Both the position numbers and the translations under genes were made by a program. Of a DNA stretch of 64,000 nt, positions 1 to 13,565 are shown piece after piece (the stretch's first letter is position 1; each line of letters begins with the position of its first letter). The stretch comes from Paraspadella gotoi (lineage: Eukaryota; Animalia; Chaetognatha): positions 19,667,546-19,731,545 of the forward strand of contig CM119267.1 of assembly GCA_051294375.1 (NCBI GenBank), read 5' to 3'. The notes below the pieces were generated by a model. It made no database searches, was not told where the DNA came from, and saw only the letters and a program-made list of their open reading frames with translations.

Positions 1-208
1 AATTTCTGAAGAAGCAGAATTTTTACTTTGACAGTGGATCTTACTATCAATCCTTCAGTTCCCATTAAAACAATTGCGCTATGAAGGCTTACATTGAAGC
101 TGAAACATGTCCGAAATGTGTTTCTTTATAAAACTCGTACGTAAACAATTCATTTTCTACTTCAAACTTAAAAATTATAGTGGACTAAAATCCACCAATC
201 GTTCATCA

Positions 209-280
209 GCGGCCGTTGGTGCCGGAGGCAAGTCATTCGCCTCCCAACCCAAAGGTCCGGGGTTCTAGCCCGGTGGCCGC
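209..280 (+). promoter_or_regulatory. tRNA-derived (Gly-CCC-like) domain / putative Pol III type-2 promoter inside LTR1
   Basis: 72 nt with acceptor-like stem GCGGCCG/TGGCCGC, A-box-like TGGTGCCGGAGG, TCGCCTCCCA resembling the tRNA-Gly anticodon arm, and B-box-like GGTTCTAGCCC. A diverged copy is in LTR2 (~640-711). Confidence 0.65.
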
Positions 281-282
281 CT

Positions 283-368
283 AGCAGTTAAGAGGGACGG
301 GGCGATTAACCCGCCTGTAACAGCCTGTTACAGCCTGTTACAGCCTGATCCGAAGCTCAGGGACTGCT
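283..368 (+). ncRNA. Twister ribozyme, type P5 (LTR1, family A)
   Basis: AGCAGT/ACTGCT (P5); GA-CGG pairing with CCG-AAGC (pseudoknot); U^AAC-CC-GCC; P3 TGTAAC/GTTACA; P4 CCTGA/TCAGG. Predicted cleavage 307^308. P1 is minimal and P2 needs a bulge. Confidence 0.75.
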
Positions 369-713
369 TAAAATTGAACGGTTCTGTCACTAACATATAA
401 CAATTATCACTGTCTCTTCATTGGTGAGCCCGACTTCCGAACACAACAGCAACAACAACACTTTCAGGCGACATGCCTCAACCTGGCGATGCACTTTCCA
501 CCAACAACACATCAGGCAACATGCCTCAACTTGGTGACGCACTTTCCACCAACAACAACAATTCACTGTAGAGACGCAACAGACTTCTCCCTACGGGAGG
601 GGGGATGTATGGTGGACTAAAATCCACCAACCGTTCATCAGTGGCAATTTGTGCCGGAGGCAAGTCATTCGCTCCCAACCCAAAGGTCCAGGGTTCTAGC
701 CCGGTGGCCGCCT

Positions 714-789
714 AGCAGTTAAGAGGGACGGGGCACTTAACCCGCCTGTAACACGGTGTTACAGCCTGATCCGAAGCTCAGGGACTGCT
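714..789 (+). ncRNA. Twister ribozyme, type P5 (LTR2, family A)
   Basis: Same core as 283-368 with a clean P3 TGTAAC-ACGGT-GTTACA. Predicted cleavage 738^739. Confidence 0.75.
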
Positions 790-801
790 TATATTGAACG
801 G

Positions 802-1398
802 TAGAGCGTAGTGAAAGTTAAATACGAAAATTCTAAATGTCAATCAATACCATCAATGGATATTAATTTGTAAACAAAATTTATGTTCTTCAATTTTCGC
901 AGTAGGCTATATTTATATATAGTACTATCCTTATAAAATCGAAAAAATTCAAAATAGGCTTTTCTTAATTTTGATTGCAGATTTGAATTCCTCGTCAAAA
1001 GTTGATAAAAGAAAATATAAATCATTTTTAAATATTTTTTCAATAAGTGGGTTAAAAATTAAAAAAAATTTATTGAATATATAAAATTTTAATTTTCAGC
1101 TTAAAATATAGGTTTTTTTATATTTGATCAACTTAATGAAAGAATTTTTAAAAAAGAGTTATATTTCTTTATATCAACTTTTCATGACGAATCCAAATCT
1201 GCAAAAAAATCTTTAAGAAATAATTTTAGAATTTTAACATTTAGTGGATTAGTACTAGTATAAATATAGCCTACTGCGTAAATTTTAAAATTTATTATAA
1301 AATTTTTTTATACATAAATGTTAATTAGCATAATGTTGTTCATTCCTCACTTTTAGAATTTTAATTAAAGTTAAATTGATAATTTTTACTACGCCTTA
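802..1398. mobile_element. hAT-type MITE nested in LTR2
   Basis: Imperfect TIRs TAGAGCGTAGTGAAA / TTTTACTACGCCTTA. 8-bp TSD TTGAACGG (794-801, 1399-1406), present only once in uninterrupted LTR1. Confidence 0.85.
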
Positions 1399-1679
1399 TT
1401 GAACGGTTCTGTCACTAACATATAACAATTATCACTGTCTCTTCAAAATTTAAATTTATTATAAATTTTAAAATTTATATTACTGAACAAAAAAAATGTT
1501 TATTGCACAAACTGAGACTCGACGCTAGAGGGATAACAAAATTAAATGGATTAACAAAGCACCGACCGGTAGTACCTTAGGTTGTTGCGGACGTCGAATA
1601 GTAAAAGTAAAAAAAATTATAATATGAACACTTGATAATAATCATCACGTTTTCCTTTAAATTATATTAAAAATCAAAA

Positions 1680-1872
1680 GGTTAATTTTTACTTTCGCCG
1701 ACCGCGGTTTTGGCGGATTTTAAAAAACCTCTTGAAAATATTTATATTTTTTTTTTAAATTTAAAAAATATTACTTAATTACCCTAACCCTAAACCTTAA
1801 CCCTAAACCACCCCTAAACCACTTTTAACCCTAACCCTTCCCAAACCCCGGTCGGCGAAAGTAAAAGTAACC
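1680..1872. mobile_element. Small TIR element containing degenerate (CCCTAA)n telomere-like repeats
   Basis: Inverted termini GGTTAATTTTTACTTTCGCCGACC / GGTCGGCGAAAGTAAAAGTAACC; CCCTAA(A) repeats at ~1781-1840; no clear TSD. Confidence 0.55.
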
Positions 1873-3413
1873 CAATAAAAATTTTAGCATACTATTAGGA
1901 AATTTAAAAAAATTTTCAGGTAAAGAAACGTCAAGTAGTTTTCTAACTAATAAAAGTTACAAAAATAATATACAATGAAAGAATTACAAGCTTAATCAAG
2001 TCTTTTCGTATTGCTCCAGATTGAAGTCCCTAAAACTATTTGTTGAATACCGGCAAAGTAATCAAACCAAAAACACGCGAACCGTAGGATGACATTTGGC
2101 AACAGTTGACACTGCAGTGTCATCACTTAAATTACAACACCGTTGAGAATCTCATTAAAAGAAAAATCGTCCAATCATCCATGAAAAAGATAAAATTTAA
2201 AAAATTACTCACTTCCGAACCAAATTCATTTTTTGAAGTTATTGTAGTTTCTCCGTATTTTTTAGTTTGTAATTATCAAAAATATTAATCCGAAAATTAT
2301 CAAATAAATACCGGAAATAAGCTATAATCGGTGCGTTTAGAGCATCTGTACCCTAGCATCTCCAGCGGAATCCAAATAAATATACTCTAATTCGTCTGGA
2401 AATAAAAGATTGAGTCTCTCGAGTCGGACAACAGAGTGGTGTCGAATCCAGCTTCTGGCATTAAACAAAAGATGTTTAAAACAATTCAAGAAACATCCCA
2501 ATGAAAATTTTTGAAAGGGCTATGAACTAATATAAAATTATCCATTCAATCAATAAATAAGCTATCCTATCACTCATTCTGGATAGGATATGGTGGGTTA
2601 AACCTTGCATACTTTTTCACAATTTTACACTACTACAGTGCAGGAAACAAACCAGCTATCTCATATTGTTATTGCGTGATTGGCCCATATTTTCCAGTAT
2701 CTGTCCTTCAAGAATAAACTTGATTGTTGAACAAAATTGTCAATTGATCATGAGAGAGAGAGCTGAACTCGTCTATATATATAAAAATTGTTTTGTAAAT
2801 AAAACAAACAAATGAGTGGAAGAATATGAATATAACAATTTAAAAGACCTCAATGATGAGAAGCCTTATCTAAATGGTTACACACTCGAGCTATTTCTAA
2901 TGTTAAAACAGCGTGACGACTACGACGACACAATATAAAAAAGATCATTTTTCTAACTACCGAATTGGGTGAATTTTAAGTTACACCCTTATATACAAAT
3001 ATATAGTATGGATTATGGACTCAAACTTCAAATATTACTAATTGTAGCAATTTAGTTTTTTTACACTATTGACTATCACTGAGACATTAGACAAATATGA
3101 AAAAATCAGAAAGTAGCTTCAACAACAAGTGGTCTTTGTCAGTTTGTGAGACATCTCTCATTCTCTGATAGTAGCCTCAAAACCATGTCCGATTCTTGAC
3201 CATCCGAGTCCTAGAAACCGAATCTAAACTAACTTTAAACTAGTTTTAACTACCAAATACTCGGCTAAATTCTCAAAATGACTTCTGTATAACTTTTTTT
3301 TATAAAGTCGTAAAAAAAGTCACATCGTAACAGGCAAAAATTTAATTTGATAACAATGAACAAAAAGAATTCAAAGAAAAATAAGGACAACAGTCGAAAC
3401 AGGACCGCTTTAA

Positions 3414-4107
3414 CTAGGTATCTTCATTTTCATCGCGTTCGCCGGAACTGCATCGCGTAACTCGGTCTTTATATTCTTTCTCAGTCAACAGTCCCTGCTT
3501 GCCCGGTTTCCGATCCGACATTCGAGGAAGAACTATGGCGAGAAATCCTTCGCCCTCGGGGTCCGAGGTCAAGAGTTCGGGGCGCGAAACGAGGCGGGCG
3601 TTGGCCTCGACCAAGGCCCCTCTGACGCCGTTCGTTAAGACATGACGAGATCCATCTTCGCAGGTCACCGTCGCCAACGTCTAGCGATAGAGGCAAAACA
3701 TTGGGGCTCGAATGTGACAAGACGTCAGCTAAATCGACGGGCCTTGCGACATTGATTCATTAATCAATCACCTGTTTGTCATCGTGGAAGAACTGGCCTC
3801 CCTTTTTGCCTTTTCCCTTGACGGCGTTTTCGAGTCGATTGACTTTTTTCGAGACTTGAAAGTCGATCTGGACGGCCTTTAATCTATCGGCAAGAATCGG
3901 GTGCGACGGCGCAAGGGTCACCACGCAGATGCCGTTCGAGTGAACAAGGACCTGGACGTGAGCCACTGGCGGGACCCTATCTTTTTCCGGCGTTACTTCA
4001 AGTTTGTAGAAGCGAGTGAAGTATCTCTCGGCAAATGAAGGATATTTCGCAGTTTTAGCAGTCGGTTTGAGGCTTGCCTCTTCTTCGCTTTCTTCTCTTC
4101 GCTTCAT
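3414..4107 (-). CDS. ABITRAM: Abitram/Simiate (FAM206A), glycine cleavage H-like protein; 2 exons, intron 3681-3771
   Basis: YPSFAERYFTRFY, HSNGICVVTLAPSHP, NRLENAVKGKGKKGGQF, GVRGALVEANARL...PEGEGFLAIVLP; canonical GT-AG intron. Confidence 0.9.
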
Positions 4108-5391
4108 GCCGAAAAAATTCTCGTGCGACGTAAATGTTACCCCCACTCGAAGACAAAATCAAGGACATAATTCAAATTTTGTATTTAAAATAATATGTTC
4201 AATGAATGAGTACAATAATTAAAAAATATTACCGGAGGCGAAAACTTGTGAAATTACAAGTTAATTTCTGACAGAAAAAAATCCGTCTAGTGTAATTAAA
4301 AATGTTTTAATTACTAAATGACTAAATCTAAACTGATCAAGAACTGATTATTCTCAAAATTCGAAATGGCCCAGCGCTTAATAATTTAAATTATCAAATC
4401 TTTAAAAATTAAGTTAAAAAAGAACAATATGGAAGGTAAACAATTTAGAAACCTTTCCTAAAAATATTCACTATTTTTTTAAAAAAATTAAAAAATGGTT
4501 CGAATTACTATTTTAAGCCTTAAAATAAATTCATATTCTCAGCTCACGTCTAAAGATAGGGTAGTCTGATGATTTTTTATTTTTATAAAGAAAATTTTTT
4601 TTTCACGTGCTGACATGTGGCAGACAAGGTTAGCTTTCATATGATGCCTCACATGATGCATTAAAGTTGTTTTGTGATAGCATTGTGACATGGAAAGAAA
4701 AAAATTGTGATAATTTTTTTCTGCCAGGCCAACCATTCCACTTTAGGTCCCTTTTTTTATATCAAGATGACCAAATTTTTCTCGCGCTCCACCGGCAACA
4801 GCTTCCCAAGACGCCAAGCTTTCCAAATATGCCCATATTTATACTATTTATTACGGTCTTGTGGTTCGAATCGTGGGGAGACCACAAAAAAAGCCTAAAT
4901 TCAAGGAAACCTGATCCCCCATCTCGTAAAACTCTTAGAAATTGAAGAAAAAATGTAAAGGAAATAATGGAACAAGTTGCTTTCAAGGCATATCGCGTCT
5001 ATGCGCGTCTAAGTAGGTCAATTTTAAAAACATATTTGGAATCCTCAAACGCATATTTACTAGTAACCTGACGACATCAAACGACGGAGGTTCAGTTCTC
5101 TTGTTGTATCAAAAAGAAAAATTAATTCTGATATTTATAGTTGATATCTGTCAATTTCAATGAAAAAAAGGGCACTGGATGTGTTGCATGTGATTGAACA
5201 ATGTTACCACAATAATAATTTTATCAATTTTAGGTATTTTGTAAGTATTTTAAGTATTTTTATTCAGTGAGTAAAATAACGACTTTTTTATTCGCTAATC
5301 TTAATCTCGGACGCTTAACGCCAGACGTCCCTACTAAAGATTAACCTTCCAGCGCGGTTGAACGCCTCGTCGCCAACGAAAAACTAATCTC

Positions 5392-7191
5392 TCATTGACT
5401 CAATTCGTTTATGAGAGCCTCGATTTCAACGATTAACTGTCGCTGATCTTCAGCTAAAATACTCAAGTTTACAAATCTGCTCGAATCGTTCGTTTTCAAA
5501 AGCAAATCTCGTTTTCTTCTAAGTCTCGTCGCCTTGAGTTGAATCAATTCCAAGATATGATAGCGACATTCGACGCATACGACCAGAGGCGCGAGGGTAG
5601 GGGCGACTGGTTTCGCCGGCGATTCCATACCAGCCTCGATGATTGAGCTAGTTTTTATTTTTGTGGTTTCCTGCCGGTCGGTCCGGGTCTCTTCGGTGCT
5701 CGTCTTCGTACTAATAAGATGATTATCGTCCGTCGTTTCGTCGAGACAAATAATCTCGAGTTCGCCGTCGTCATTTCCGTCATCGTCATGGTTGACGTCG
5801 ACTTCGTCGTAGCAAATATCTTCGTTATTTTCTTCGAAGTCGCTCTGAAAAATAGTTTCGTCCATCTCAGGATTAGTTGACGCCTCCGACTCGACGATAG
5901 TTTCCAGGGCGGCCCGATATTCGCGGTAAGGCGAGTCGTCACCGAATATCTCCAAAATGGCGACAATGTCGGACAAATAATAAATCCCGACAACGTTTCC
6001 ATCCTCAAAGGGCTCTCCTTCTCGATAGCCGGCCACGCCACGCTGTGATAAATAGCGCGATAACTCTTTGCCGCTGGGCCCTTCCTCTCGTCGAGAGCGG
6101 ACACCGGCGGAGTCAGCGATCCGCCGCAGGGTTAATAAATCGAAGGTCTTTGTGAGAAGAAAGATTAACTCTGCCTCAGCGAGGAACGATTCGGCGCCCA
6201 ATCGGATCACGTGGGCGGGCGACAAGGGAGAGTCAACGACGGTCTCTCGAACAAGGAAGGAATCTTGGTGATGAAGTTCCGACATGAGGTTCTCTGAAAG
6301 AAAAAGGTCGACTAATGCGAATAACAACGCCTAAAGGAGACAAATGACGTAGTCTTAAAAGTCTTACCGAACTCAGAACCGAGACAACCCTCGGCGAATC
6401 CATTTTCTACCATCGATCGCGCCACGGACCGATAATCTCGTGCGGCGTCTCTCAAATCAAGAGTGGCTTTTCGAGTCTCTTCTTCCATGCTTATCACTTT
6501 GGCCCTGAATTGGGCTCCTTCGTCAAGAGCTTGACGCAGAAAATAATCCACTAAAAATAAATGAATACTTCTTTTTAAGTCTCGAAAGTCTCGAAAATCA
6601 AAATCATACAACAAAATAACCACACCTGCTTCTGCGCCCCAACTTGGTGAATCACCTTTGGGGCGAATGCCGTTCAATCTTGCCTCATAACAATCGACGG
6701 AATGCTTGGAAAACTCTTGCTTGAGAAAGCAGACGTCCGACCTGGAAACCATGGCGACGTTCCCGTAGTCGACGAAATAAATAAGTACAAAATCCGAGTT
6801 AACTTCGATGATTTCCGATCGGTAGAGCTGACCTTCGAACTGATGAAACGGGATTGGGATTGTTTAACTTCGAGAATACCTTCATCGTTAATGTTTCTAA
6901 CGTTACCGGCGCGACGCACATTTGACCCACGCGGAGGAAGCAGTCCGGCATTTTGAGGCGTTCGCCGACTTTTCCGCGGGTGTTCAAGTAGGAAGCGTTT
7001 AATTCTTTGGTCCACTCGTACTCGGGACTGTGGCCCAAGCGTAAATAAATATGATCGGGATCCTGGGCGAAGGTGACGATCACATCGACGATTGATCCGA
7101 CTTCGGGGGGCGGCCGGTAAGTGTAAGAAGCACTGGGACCCTCAACATTGACGACGTCGTCAGAGTTGAAATCTTGGACAAAGCCAAACAT
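5392..7191 (-). CDS. Extended Tudor-domain protein (spliced), C-terminal region not recognised
   Basis: Spliced reading VGQMCVAP|FEGQLYRSEIIEVNSDFVLIYFVDYGN matches the Tudor aromatic-cage signature; preceded by VIVTFAQDPDHIYLR. Confidence 0.7.
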
Positions 7192-7676
7192 GATTTACGA
7201 AGGCAAATATTCAATTCATAATCCATGAATTTTATCTTTTAAAAACGCTCTGGAATTACATAAGATAATAATAAAAACAAAACTCAACGATAACTATAAA
7301 AGTATAACATATAATTATTTATTTTGTTAAATCTCATGATAAAAATAATGTATTTGTATTTTGGGTAAAAATCCCCTTTGCTAAAGGGAATCCTCTCCGC
7401 ACAAGTTAGCACCGCAATCTGAAAATTGGACATGGAACATATAAAAGCGAACAGAACTAAAGACGATTGTCAACTTGTGGCACATAAACTCTCGTTGAAA
7501 CTTGCCTTGAACAAGTACAAAAGTTATTAAGACAAGAACATTCTTTTGGCGCAAAAGAAAACTTGTCATGATTTTTTTTTAATAAAAAATTGAAAAGATG
7601 AAACAATACGGGTTCCATTTCATAGCGTATCTAGTACCCATCAGTAATTATTGGTCATTAGCTTAAGTCCCGCCGT

Positions 7677-8454
7677 TCATGCCAAGGTCTGCCTCTGTCT
7701 CCTATCAAAAACTTCTTCGACGTTTCCATCGTAACCAGCAGCAGCTCCGCGAGATTTCGTCTTTCCCGTAGCAAATTCCTCGTAAATCTCTTCGTATTTC
7801 TCGATGTCCTTCCCGACGACAGAGGGTTTGGTTTGGATCAAGGCTCGATCCAGGTGTCGCCGGCCAACTCGAAGAACCGCCCCGCCGACGCCGACCACCT
7901 CAGCATCGCGGACGTCGTCGAAGGCAGCCAAACGTGCGTTGTGCAACAGACCCTTGAGGTCGGCCCCTGAAAAGCCGGCGCAAAATGTGGCGACCCAGGA
8001 GAGATTGATGTCATCGTCGAGAGCGACGTTCATCCTTCGAGAAAAAATCTCCAAGATCTCGAGCCTCTCCGCTTCGTTCGGCAGCGGGCAGAAGAGCGTT
8101 TGTCCGAGGCGTCCAGGTCGCAGCAGCGCCGGATCAACGAGGTCTGGCCGACTTGTGGCGGCGAGAACGTGCACGGCGTCTCGCGCCTCGACGCCGTCGA
8201 GTTGAGTGAGCAGTTGATTGACGACGCGATCGGCGACGCCCGTGGAATCGCGACCGCGACGAGGCGCCAGCGACTCGAACTCGTCAAAGAACAAAAGGCA
8301 GGGGCGGGCGGCACGGGCACGATCGAACAGGTCGCGAACGGCTCTCTCGCTCTCGCCAACATATTTGGAAAGAAGTTCCGGACCCTGATGTCAAGGAGAA
8401 ACGATTTTGGTAAGAGTAAAAATTATGAAAAATTTGACTCTCACCCCTCCCTCC

Positions 8455-8486
<32 letters not shown>

Positions 8487-11400
8487 TCTTTCTAAAAGGA
8501 TCGAAATATTGGTTTTCAATAAAAAAAAAAAAAAAAAATACTGAAATTGAACCAAAATTTGACGTTTTTAATCAATTATGATAATGGTTTATTAAACGCT
8601 CCTTACCTTAACTGAAATAAATCGCAACCCGCATTCGTTTGCCGCCGCCGCAGCGACGTAGGTTTTTCCAGTTCCCGGGGGCCCGTACAACAAAACGCCC
8701 GTTTTAAGCTGGATGGGGCACTTGGACAAGAGCCGTGGATATTTCGTAGGCCACTCGAGCAATTCTGAGAGTTTTTTCTTGACTTTTCTCAATCCGCCGA
8801 CATTCGCCCAATTCACCGGAGCTGGGGTGTGTAATACAACGCCTTTAAGAGCCGAAGGCGTGAATCCGTCTAATGCCGCTTCAAAGTCTTGTGGTTTTAG
8901 TGCTTCTGTCGCTGCGCCGCCTCCACCGCGCATGCGTCGAGCGTGGATTGCGCGCTCGATGATTCGCTCCAAATCGCGGGCAACGTAACCCTCCGTACGA
9001 CGCACAACGTCATCAAGTGACAAGTTTTCCGCTGTCTCGGGCAATACGGAACCATTCTTCCGCAGCAGGGTTCGCAACAGCGTTCCACGGTGAAGAAGGG
9101 TAGGCGGCTCCAACTGTAACACGCGACCGAAGAAGTGATGGCCACGAGAGTCAGTCAGTGTCCCGTGTAAGGTGTGCTCGGAAATCGCCGTGGCCAATAC
9201 AGCAAGGGACTCGCTCCTGTTAAGCGCCGCAGACAAGATTCGGAACACCGCTTCCGCTAAGCGTCCGTGGTAGGAAACTTCTTGCATGCTGTCTGTTTCT
9301 GGTACCTGTGAAGGAACTAGAACGTCCAAATCATCAAGGACCAGAATTGACGGCGCGTGAAATAACGCCTCTTCCAGTCTCTCCTCGATTTCCTTCTTCA
9401 CAGCGTCCACTTTGCGTCCGCGTAATGGCACGCAGTCAAGCCACGTCACTCGTGCCAAATACGGTGGCGAGGTCAGTTGCGCCACCGTCGATCTAGCAAA
9501 GGAAGTGCGACCAACGCCTCGGCGACCGCAAATAAGTAGACAGCCTCGCGCGCGGGCAGACGAGAGCTTATTCAAATGACGAGAGAGCGGATCCACAGCC
9601 AAAGAAGAAACGATATGTAGGATAGCGTCCTGAAAGGAATTCTGGTAACCGAGTGCGGTCCATGCATTTCTTTTCCAAACGAGGCACCCGGGGTTCTTGG
9701 GCGCGAATGAAATTTGAGAGGAATCCTCAGCCGTGGGGCGGTGAAGTAACAAATTCTCTTCGGGCGATCGAGGCTTCCAGTCAGAGGGGGCGGAGTGACG
9801 AACAAATTCCACCTGCAAATGCGTTAGCTGCGAAGGCGGAATCAAACAGTAACCACCTTTGATCTTTTTCTTATGATCTGGAGACTCGCTCACGCCTTCG
9901 AACTCGACGAAGCACTCGAGGCAAATGTCGGCAGTGAGTGAAAGTTGAACGGCGGTCGGGTTGCACAGAAGGAAGGGGAAGATTTCGCTGGAAATACTGG
10001 AGACCCACTGGCGAAAGCGACATACGACTTCATCGTCCTTCACGTCGTCTACCAGAGGTTTTGATGGACGTATTAGGATCTTTCCCGGGGTGATGGGAAC
10101 TTGTTGAGTAGACGACACGAGAACCTTTTCGGTAGCGGCGCAACGACGATGGCGACGGAAGAGATCTGGGACCATCACGTGACCCGATAAAGGAAATATC
10201 GCACCCGACTCTTGCTCGTCCGTTCGAAGAACGTCGCGGGTTCCGTTATTGCTACTGCTTGCGTTTCCGCCGTTGCCGAAGTCGCCTGCAGAGTCTTCTT
10301 GGTTTTCGTCAATAAGAACGCGAACGAAATGAGTAAACACCAGCCCAGAATACAGAGCCTCTTCTACGGTACCATCTCCTTTTTCCGACGCAGTTGGCGA
10401 ACCGAGAAGATCCGCCTTGTTGGTTGCACGTAGTTTGGTGACAAGTTTTTCTCGCGAATCTTCGCGGTTCTGTTGTGGTGATAGAATTAATGACATTTCA
10501 GCGATAAAAGATCTTGTCTTCGCCGGAAGGTGGCTCGGCAAAGAGTCCCGATGGACGTGGACGGTGTTTGGTTGACGCCAAATAAGTTTAAGGCCGCAAA
10601 AGAGAAACTTCGAGACTGAGGAAAGAACCGAGTCGGCGTCGGTCGATGCTCTCTTGGCGTCGTTAACAGAGGTTGACGCGAAACGCCCCTCCAATGACGC
10701 GTGCCGGGAGAATCGAGTCGCGAGATCCGGTGATCGTTGCCGGGATAAAAGCGTCCCATCGTCCATTGGCTGTATGCGCAGCAAAGCGTCGAAAGAGCTT
10801 CGTAGGATCTCGGCGTTAAATTTTTTGAAGGAAGACAACGAGGAATTGGTCGAAAATAACGACCCGGGGCCAGCAACGGCTTCCAAAGTCTCGACGTTCG
10901 TAGTTCCGGGTAGAGATCCGATGACGGAAGGTGCAACGAAAGACAGGGCGTCCAAAACTTTGCCAAAGACCGAGGATGAACGTTCATCATAAGCGTCATT
11001 GGGTTGCGCTTCTGCAATATGTGGAAAAGTATTCATCACAGAGACGACGCCTTCCTTTTGGTTGGTTACTCCTTTGTTATTCTCCAAAGTTTCGGAACGT
11101 CGGTAAAGTACACTAGAGCAGATATGAACTATACGACTGTAGATGGCATTGCCTGAGGCCGAAGCGGCCGCCGCTGCAGCGGTCGCCGCCGAAACGGGAT
11201 CGATGTTACGGGACAAATCTCTCGACACAGCAGTAAAAAGGTTGGTCAAAAGGGGATCGGGAGACAGTTTTTCCGAGAGCTTCTCGATGAGAGGATGGTG
11301 CCGCTTCGTAGTCGCTAAAAAGTCGTCGTCGAGGTTTTCGTCGTCTAAATCGTCATCGGAATCGTAAGGGAGACTCGGCAGACTCTCCAAAGATCCGACG

Positions 11401-12259
11401 CCGTCGAGTAGCTGAGTCAGCCCGCGATCGAGTGTCCGCTCGTTGACGCTCACGGCTCGATACTGTCCGTTCGCTTTGACCCGAGAGGCAGTTCGAGTTG
11501 GTGGGGCTGGTCGAGGTTGGGGAGCCGACGCGGCAGACCGGATAATGTCGTCAAAAAGCGGAGGAGGGTCCGCGTAATGAGGACTGTGACGGCCGGATAG
11601 GCCTTTTCCCTCCTGACGATAGGGTGGAGGAGATATCAAAACCTCGGTCAAAGTTTCCAATTTAATCGGGCGGACGTTGGGTTGAACGCAGGAGATTAAG
11701 ACAAAGACAACGATGACATCGTTGACCCAGATGGGGATGACCTGGCCCGCCTGGACGATACGGATCTGATCCAACAAGGTCGCTTCAATCTCCTCAGCGT
11801 TCGCCTCGAGAATTTCCCAGTCGTCGACCGAAACTGGTTCTACCGTGATCCTATTTTTTGTTTTTAATTTTGCATAATACAAGATAATATACAAGGTTAT
11901 ACGTAATTTAATAATCATCAATATTATTGATATTATTCAATAAGCAGACTGACCAACCTCCGACAAGGCGTGATCGCCGGCGGTAGAGGTCTCACAATAA
12001 CTTCCTGCCCGTGATAAACTCCGAGCTTCTCGGCATAGAGAGAGTTGATCGTGATGACCTCGCAGTTGGAGGAAACGATGTCGCCCGACCAAGAGACGTA
12101 GATCGGAGTTCTCGTCTTGTCGAACAAAAGCTCGAAGGCAATCACGTCGGCGACGGAAGTCGAGGCCGAAATGAGACGCGCCAAAGACTTGGTGATGCCG
12201 ACAAAGCAGTTCCGGTGTCCCGTAAAGGTCACTTTCGCAAGGGCCACTTTACCGTTCAT
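7677..12259 (-). CDS. PEX1: Peroxisomal AAA ATPase PEX1 (3 exons)
   Basis: PEX1 N-domain motif [26 protein letters not shown]; two AAA modules ([39 protein letters not shown]); ends RQTLA. Confidence 0.95.
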
Positions 12260-12443
12260 GGCGCGGCGTCAGGCGGGAAGTGGATAAGGGGGGAATTTTT
12301 GAAAACGGATCTCGAGGGAGGAAAAAGATAAAACCAAAAATCAACAAAGCATGATAATAAATATTTATTATACGTATTTAAATACGCTTCAACAGGATGG
12401 AATTCGAGGCAAAGGGATCAGCGAGGGGAAGAAAATCGGTCTA

Positions 12444-13246
12444 TCATCGATCATAGACCCAAACAGCATCGACGCCGTCGCCGATGGTCAATTTCGCAGT
12501 CCATTCCTCGATGGGAAATCGACAGGCGACGACTCTGGCTCCTGGTTTCAATTCCGACTCCAGTTTTGTCCGCAGAGGTGGCATCATCTCCTCGACGCCG
12601 AAGACGACCACGTTATCGAAGGAAGAGACGTCGTACTTCCAAAGATCCTATGAGAAAAAGGCGATGAAGTACTTATAATACTCAATATTTAAAAAGGCAC
12701 GAATGTTTAAAAACAAAAAAAAAATACTTTTTTCACGAAATTCGCTCGCGCCGCGAGTCCGGCGCTTCGAGCTTTGGCACGAGCGTAGAAAACAAGCCAA
12801 GGATTTATCTCGACGCCGGTGGAGAGAAATCCGGCTCGCGCTGTTGCCATGACGACGCGTCCGTCGCCGGAACCGATGTCGAGAACGCGAGAAGAGGCGG
12901 AACGAGACGAGAGGCCATTGAGGATGTTGGTGATCTTTTTTTCCCAAAGAGTGATGAGGAAAAATTAACCAGAGGAAAACAAAAGATGAAGAGAAATTAA
13001 AAGAACCAAATCGCGAACCTGAGTGGGAGTCGCTGGGACGTAAGGCAGACAAACTCGCCTCAAAGCCGGACTGATGAACGGCCAAAGCAGCGAGCAGATT
13101 GCGCTGGTGAGGGCGCCGCAAGTGCCAATGACGACCCACTTCCTGCGAGAAGGGGAACACTGGTCGTACAAAGTCTCTGTTGGTTTAGAGGTCATCCAGT
13201 TGGGCAATGAAGAGGATTCCTCTGATCCCTTCCCGCTGTTGCTCAT
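12444..13246 (-). CDS. ATPSCKMT: FAM173-family mitochondrial lysine methyltransferase (ATPSCKMT/ANTKMT-like), 3 exons
   Basis: PALRRVCLPYVPAT; spliced VLDIGSGDGRVV...GVEINPWLV...DLWK...NVVVFGVEEMM...RVVACRFP...DAVWVYD. Confidence 0.88.
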
Positions 13247-13565
13247 GACTGAAAAAAAAAGGTGCTGAACACGGATCGCTAAAATGTTATGAACGCGACG
13301 TACTATTTAAACGTATTGTCATTTATTTTTTAAGAAAGTATTGATTCGTTGATTGGAGCGCGACGCTTGAATGTAAAAAAGTTTTTAAACACACAGCAAA
13401 ACGTAAAACGCTGGTAGTAGAATAAATATTATAAAAACAGTACCTCAACGACTTTAAACATTAAGGAAAAAGAAAGATCAATGTAAGAAAGGAGAAAAAG
13501 ATGGAAGAAAAGAAAGAAATGAAGGAAAGAATAAAAGAATTTTTGTTTCTATTTTCCTAAAGTTT

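Larger units (their letters stand above)
176..1445 (+). mobile_element. Miniature non-autonomous LTR retroelement (TRIM/retrozyme-like), family A; LTR1 176-420, LTR2 608-1445 interrupted by a hAT MITE
   Basis: Two ~245-bp direct repeats ending ...GTCTCTTCA. 4-bp TSD AAAT (172-175 / 1446-1449). PBS-like TGGTGAGCCCGACTTCCGAAC directly after LTR1; purine tract GGGAGGGGGGA just before LTR2. No coding capacity. Confidence 0.85.

Noticed and set aside
209-280. Functional tRNA-Gly gene
   Set aside because: The D and anticodon stems pair poorly and the sequence is embedded in a repeated LTR; treated as tRNA-derived.
283-368. Hammerhead ribozyme (CTGA... motif) in the LTRs
   Set aside because: There is no CTGANGA...GAAA core with suitable stems; the twister topology fits much better.
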